DNA from: an uncultured Chloroflexia bacterium
GTDB taxonomy: Bacteria; Chloroflexota; Limnocylindria; Limnocylindrales; CSP1-4
Direction: 5' to 3'
Length of the DNA: 64,000 nucleotides
NCBI GenBank assembly: GCA_963749705.1
Contig: CAVVNQ010000004.1
Coordinates: forward strand, 160,001 to 224,000
Shown here: piece after piece, positions 59,655 through 64,000 of the stretch
Layout: every line of letters begins with the position of its first letter
Position numbering within the stretch: position 1 is the stretch's first letter
Program-made: the position numbers and the translations under genes
Notes under the pieces: generated by a model
Told to the model about the DNA's origin: nothing
Database searches by the model: none
Seen by the model: the letters and a program-made list of their open reading frames with translations, nothing else

Positions 59655-60494
59655 TCAGAGCCTCCCGGTCAGCACGGGCGTCGCGTCAGCGCCGCCACCC
59701 ACCGGGCCGAGCGACACGCCGAACACGGTGCCGGCCGGGAGATCTGCAAGCCCGGCGGCCGATCCAGCCCAGGAGGCGACATCGCCGCCCCAGTACATCC
59801 GGCCCAGACGCCGCCGCTCGCCGTTGACCTCCACCCAGCAGCCGTACTCCTGCCCCGCGCCCTCGGCCGGTAGCCCGGTCGCGATCACCACCAGGTCGCC
59901 GGTCGCCGGCGAGAAGGCAAGCGCCCCCGCGGCGCCGCTGCCGTTCGTGGTTGCGGCGAGCGACACGGATCGGGCATCCGGCTGCGACTCGATCCGCATC
60001 GTGACGGTCGTGGTCTGGCGGAGGACGGCGATCTGGCCGTCGCGGCTGGCGACCGCGTCACCCTGGAACGCTCCGCCGACGGCAAGCCCGATCGCAACGG
60101 CCGCGACCAGCGCCGCCGCGATCCCGCCCGCCCATGCGAGCCGCACCGGGCGCCGGAGGGACCGGGTCCGGGCATCGGCCACGGACAGCGGCAGCGGGAG
60201 GTCCGGCCCGGCTCCGGCCCGCGACGCGGCGATTCCCGTCCGTTCGCGTCCGACCGTCCGCACGAACGCCAGCGTCCGCTCGCGGAGCGCCGGGTCCGGC
60301 TGCTCGGCGATGACGTCGCGCGCGATCGCTGCGGTCCGGCCGATCCTGCCCAGCTCGGCCGTGCACGACGGGCAGCCGGCAAGATGGCCGGCGACCGCGG
60401 CCGCGTCGGGCGTATCGCCCGCCATCAGCCGCTCGAGGCCATCCGGCTCCACCGCCGCGATCTCGATGCGCTCCAGCGCCTCAGCGTGTTCCAT
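59655..60494 (-). CDS. RskA-like anti-sigma factor with zinc-binding ZAS motif
   Basis: HLAGCPSC (Hx3Cx2C), TM WAGGIAAALVAAVAIG, RskA-like GLP..QEY..W and FGVSL.P.GG..P; overlaps the sigma stop. Confidence 0.8.
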   Translation of the reverse strand: MEHAEALERIEIAAVEPDGLERLMAGDTPDAAAVAGHLAGCPSCTAELGRIGRTAAIARDVIAEQPDPALRERTLAFVRTVGRERTGIAASRAGAGPDLPLPLSVADARTRSLRRPVRLAWAGGIAAALVAAVAIGLAVGGAFQGDAVASRDGQIAVLRQTTTVTMRIESQPDARSVSLAATTNGSGAAGALAFSPATGDLVVIATGLPAEGAGQEYGCWVEVNGERRRLGRMYWGGDVASWAGSAAGLADLPAGTVFGVSLGPVGGGADATPVLTGRL

Positions 60495-61158
60495 GACCAT
60501 CCATCCCGCGAGATGCCGAGCCCGACCCGATCGGACCGTCATCCCCTTCCAGTGCCGTTCGCAGGTGTGCCAGCGCGCGGCGCGTTCGCGTCTTCACCGT
60601 GCCCAGCGGCCAGCCGAGCCGTTCCGAGATCTCGGACTGGGTCAGCCCGTCGCGATACGCCAGCAGGATGACGCGTCGTTCGAGGTCCGTCATCCCGGCG
60701 AGCGCCGTGTCGATGGCGGCCCTGACCGCGGCAGCCTCCGCGGCCGCCTCCGGGCCCGGCTCGGGCGCCACCCCTCCGAGCACGACGGCATCGGGCGACA
60801 GGCGCTCGAAACCGGCGTCGGCGTCGTCCGCCTCCCCGTATCCGGGCAGCGACACGAGCGACGGCCGACGACCCGCCGCACGAAGGCGGTCCACCGTGCG
60901 ATTGCGAGCGATCGCCCGAAGCCACGTGGCCAGCGAGGCCACGTTCGGATCGAACAGCTCGGCCCGGTTCCAAAGGGCGAGGAATGTCTCCTGCACGACC
61001 TCCTCGGCGATCTGCCGATCGCGTGTCAGCCGAAGCGCAACGGCGTGGATGCCGCCTGCATGGCGGTCATAGAGCGCCGCGAGGGCCTCCTCCGAGCCGG
61101 TAGCCACAGCCTGGACGAGCGCGACCTCATCGGCCACGTCCACCCGGCGCTCCGACAT
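60481..61158 (-). CDS. ECF sigma factor (SigK-like)
   Basis: ALAALYDRH, AEEVVQETFLALW..FDP, ARNRTVDRLR, LAYRDGLTQSEI..LGTVKTRTRRAL. Confidence 0.92.
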   Translation of the reverse strand: MSERRVDVADEVALVQAVATGSEEALAALYDRHAGGIHAVALRLTRDRQIAEEVVQETFLALWNRAELFDPNVASLATWLRAIARNRTVDRLRAAGRRPSLVSLPGYGEADDADAGFERLSPDAVVLGGVAPEPGPEAAAEAAAVRAAIDTALAGMTDLERRVILLAYRDGLTQSEISERLGWPLGTVKTRTRRALAHLRTALEGDDGPIGSGSASRGMDGHGTR

Positions 61159-61161
61159 CCC

Positions 61162-61671
61162 TTACGTCATCCTTTCGCCGGCGGTTTCGGGTGCATCGTC
61201 GTCCGCGTCCACCAGCGGCAGCGGCCGGCCCTCGAACCCTGTCGTGAACACGACGTCCGTCTCGGTCGAGAACACATGACGGGTGGTCTGGACCGCCCGC
61301 ACGACCCGCTCCAGGTGATCCATGTCGCGCGCCCGGATCTTGAGCAGGTAGTCCGCCTCGCCTGCGATGTGGTGGCACTCCTCGATCTCCGGGATCGTGG
61401 CGAAGTCGGCTGTGAGATCGGTGGCGATCGTCCCGGGCGCCTGGGTGACCCACGTGTACGCCAGCACGATGAACCCGACAGCGGTGGGATCCACGCGCGC
61501 GGCGTAGCCACGGATCACGCCCCGTGCCTCGAGCTTCTTGACGCGTTCGTGCGCTGACGGCCCCGCCATGCCCAGGTCCGTGCCGAGGTCCGCGTACGAC
61601 CGGCGGCCATCCGTCTGCAGGATGGCAAGGAGTCGGGCATCAGTCTTGCTGAGATGGTCGTTCTGGCTCAT
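61162..61671 (-). CDS. Lrp/AsnC-family regulator
   Basis: LQTDGRRSYADLG, RVKKLEARGVIRGY, ECHHIAGEADYLLK. Confidence 0.93.
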   Translation of the reverse strand: MSQNDHLSKTDARLLAILQTDGRRSYADLGTDLGMAGPSAHERVKKLEARGVIRGYAARVDPTAVGFIVLAYTWVTQAPGTIATDLTADFATIPEIEECHHIAGEADYLLKIRARDMDHLERVVRAVQTTRHVFSTETDVVFTTGFEGRPLPLVDADDDAPETAGERMT

Positions 61672-61698
61672 CTGGTACCTATTCGTTAGGCGATGCGA

Positions 61699-61727
61699 TT
61701 GCTGAGCCTACGATTCATAGGTATACT
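61699..61727 (+). promoter_or_regulatory. Sigma70-type promoter TTGCTG-N17-TATACT, divergent from lrp
   Basis: Near-consensus hexamers with 17-bp spacing in an AT-rich patch. Confidence 0.65.
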
Positions 61728-61818
61728 CGGTGATGCAAGGGGCATCTGGATGCCGACCCCGCCGGACAGTCCGACGGGACCCCCAAAGGTCCGCGGCAAT
61801 CCTCGCAGCGAAAGGTGC

Positions 61819-61959
61819 ATGAAGATGGTCATCGTTGCCGTATTCGCGCTCCTCGCGCTGTTCTCGATGATCAGCATTGTGCTGAGCGCCGAGGAGCCGC
61901 GAGGCTATAACGACCCGCACGACAATCCCTTCCTCTGGGCAGCGCTCGGCCGCCACTGA
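61819..61959 (+). CDS. Small single-TM protein (46 aa)
   Basis: GAAAGG RBS; MKMVIVAVFALLALFSMISIVLS-AEEPRGYNDPHDNPFLWAALGRH. Confidence 0.65.
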   Translation: MKMVIVAVFALLALFSMISIVLSAEEPRGYNDPHDNPFLWAALGRH

Positions 61960-62057
61960 TCCCGCGGCACTCAGCGTAACCCACGAAACGCCCCGGTCTC
62001 GGCCGGGGCGTCGTCGTGTCCGGCGCATCGCCGGGCGATCGCTGCCCTCGGCCGTCG

Positions 62058-62375
62058 CTACCAGTCCCCCGCCGGAATGTGCCGCACCTGCTCGAGCCGG
62101 CCCGCGGGCAGGTGCGCCTCGAGGCACGTCACGCCGTCGACCCCGACCCGCGCATCGTGGGCCGTTCCCGCGGGCAGCTCCAGCCGGTCACCGACGGCGA
62201 GGGCGACCTCGTCGCCGCGGGCCGGAAGGCCGAACCGGATCGATCCGGCTGCGCACACGAGGACCTTGTCGTAGTCGTGCGCGTGGGCCGAGTACCGGTC
62301 GCCCGGACCGTTCGACCAGGCGCCCGGGGCCAGGCCCTCCGCCCGAAGCCGGTCGCCGAGGCCGTCGCGGGTCAT
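62058..62375 (-). CDS. Small cupin-domain protein
   Basis: WSNGPGDRYSAHAHDYDK, GDRLELPAGTAHDA, CLEAH. Confidence 0.85.
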   Translation of the reverse strand: MTRDGLGDRLRAEGLAPGAWSNGPGDRYSAHAHDYDKVLVCAAGSIRFGLPARGDEVALAVGDRLELPAGTAHDARVGVDGVTCLEAHLPAGRLEQVRHIPAGDW

Positions 62376-62406
62376 CGGTCGCGGCCGTGGCCCATCACCT
62401 GGCCGC

Positions 62407-63609
62407 TCACCCCGCGACGCCGACCCCGATGATGCTGCCGACGGTGTACGTGACCGCCGCCGCAGCGGCGCCGAGGCCCAGCTGGCGGAAGCCCGAGAAC
62501 AGCAGGCTGCGACCCGTGAGCAGGCTCACGGCCGCTCCGACGCCGAACAGCGCGACCAGGCTGATCCCGAAGCTCACGCCGAAGATCACCGCGCCCCCAC
62601 CGAACAGGTACGGGATCACCGGAACGCTCGCGCCGACGCAGAACGACAGGAACGAGCCTGCGGCCGCACCCCATGGCGAACCGAGCTCGTCGGGATCGAG
62701 GCCCAGCTCCTCCCGGATCAGGGCGTCGAGCGCCGTGTCAGGATCCTCGAACATCCGGGCCGCGACGTGCTCTGCCTCGTCCCGCGGGAAGCCCTTGGCC
62801 GCGTACAGCGCCGCCAGCTCCTTCTGCTCCTCGTGGGGCATGGCCTCGAGCTCCGCGCGCTCCAGCTCGATCTGGCGCTCGAACAGCTCGCGCTGACTCT
62901 GCATCGAGATGTACTCGCCGGCCGCCATGCTGAAGGCTCCCGCCAGCAATCCGGCGATCCCCGCAAGCAGGATGAAGCCGCCCTGCCCGGACGCGCCGGC
63001 AACGCCCATCACCAGCGACAGGTTGGACACGAGCCCGTCCGAGACGCCGAAGATGCTGGCCCGGAGGGTCCCCGAGCGCGCGCTGCGATGCCACCGCTCC
63101 CCGCTCGCGATCTCGTCGGCCGCGTCGGGCGAATCCGTGTCGATCGTCGGGTGCTCCATCGAGCGAACGACCTCGGTGGCCCGGCCGGCCCGCTGTCGCT
63201 GCCCGTTGCCCGTCTGCTTCTGCGCATCGAGCCGCTTCCAGATCTCGGCGTGCTCGCGCTCGTCGGCGGCGATTGCCTCGATCTCGGGCGCCTGGGCCTG
63301 ATCTGCGTAGACGGCCTCCTCGTCGCCCTCGAGGGCCTTGACCAGGTCGGAGACCGCTCCCGTGCCGAAGGCTCGGGCGAGCAGGATGATCAGCCGGATC
63401 CGGACGCGGGGAGGACCGGCGGGGGGCACGATCGCCCCGAGCTCGGTGAGGCGACCGGCCCAGATCTCGGCATGCCGTCGCTCGTTGCGTGCGATCTGGC
63501 GGAAGGCGGCCGCCCGGCGACCATCCTTCTCGATCGCGGCGAGCGCGTCGTACAGGACGATGGCGTCCTGCTCGAGCTTGAGGTTTTCGAGGCTCTGCGC
63601 GATGTTCAC
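62407..63609 (-). CDS. VIT1/CCC1 transporter with N-terminal rubrerythrin/ferritin-like domain
   Basis: NERRH and DEREH ExxH motifs; FGVSDGLVSNL, FSMAAGEYIS, EELG. Confidence 0.9.
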   Translation of the reverse strand: MNIAQSLENLKLEQDAIVLYDALAAIEKDGRRAAAFRQIARNERRHAEIWAGRLTELGAIVPPAGPPRVRIRLIILLARAFGTGAVSDLVKALEGDEEAVYADQAQAPEIEAIAADEREHAEIWKRLDAQKQTGNGQRQRAGRATEVVRSMEHPTIDTDSPDAADEIASGERWHRSARSGTLRASIFGVSDGLVSNLSLVMGVAGASGQGGFILLAGIAGLLAGAFSMAAGEYISMQSQRELFERQIELERAELEAMPHEEQKELAALYAAKGFPRDEAEHVAARMFEDPDTALDALIREELGLDPDELGSPWGAAAGSFLSFCVGASVPVIPYLFGGGAVIFGVSFGISLVALFGVGAAVSLLTGRSLLFSGFRQLGLGAAAAAVTYTVGSIIGVGVAG

Positions 63610-63730
63610 CCGTTCAAGGTACCCAACCTTGTCACGAGGCGGGGCGCGGGCGCGACGCTCGGTGCGAGGCCGCTCCGCACGGATCGACCTCGGGATGAGC
63701 GCTTTCGGCCGGGGGCCTACACTCGAGACC

Positions 63731-64000
63731 ATGAGCACGCTGGCGCCGATCCGCTACCTGTCTTCGTCCGACGTGACCGCGGCGATGCCGGCGCTGCCCG
63801 AGCGACTCAAGCTTGCGGAGATCGTGCTGCGCGGCCTCGCCGGACCCGCCGACCTGCCGCCCAAGATCGGGGTGCATCCGCGCCCGACGGGCGCCTTCGC
63901 CCACGCGATGCCGGCCTTCCTGCCGGGCCTGCGGCCGGATGGCTCCGATGACCGGCTGGGCATGAAGTGGGTGCTCGGGTTCGCGACCAATGGCTCGCTG
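63731..64000 (+). CDS. Ornithine cyclodeaminase/mu-crystallin family protein (5' part, truncated)
   Basis: MSTLAPIRYLSSSDV..LPPKIGVHPR..FAHAMPAFL..GMKWV.GF; absent from the ORF track because it is truncated. Confidence 0.8.
   Translation, partial: MSTLAPIRYLSSSDVTAAMPALPERLKLAEIVLRGLAGPADLPPKIGVHPRPTGAFAHAMPAFLPGLRPDGSDDRLGMKWVLGFATNGSL

Overview
High-GC (roughly 70% or more by eye), gene-dense bacterial chromosomal segment with about 60 CDSs. I found no rRNA, tRNA, CRISPR array, integrase or transposase. Gene content and style resemble Chloroflexota (Limnocylindria/Ellin6529-like) or Actinobacteria; this is an inference. Housekeeping genes (proS partial, gltX, upp, mdh, pckA, lgt, cystathionine beta-synthase and gamma-synthase/lyase) are interspersed with several modules: Pit/DUF47 phosphate transport; a regulator-rich accessory block at 14.8-22.5 kb (ECF sigma plus DUF4232 anti-sigma candidate, small secreted repeat protein, STAND-LuxR regulator, YciI plus C-terminally extended ECF); a dipZ-acr3-P-type ATPase cluster; a dispersed pyrimidine/beta-alanine catabolic cluster with an F420-type LLM oxidoreductase; an RsbW/RsbV/PP2C partner switch; a large secreted subtilase; and an Lrp-SigK-RskA operon. 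Main observations: pervasive leaderless-gene architecture, a leaderless 24-aa uORF ahead of dipZ, a LexA-box-like site ahead of an orphan small gene, enzymes and regulators with substituted key residues (second Lgt, DtxR-like, asparaginase II, CBS), a frameshifted J-domain membrane protein, and several non-CRISPR intergenic tandem repeats. All functional calls come from motif recognition by eye; no database searches were run.
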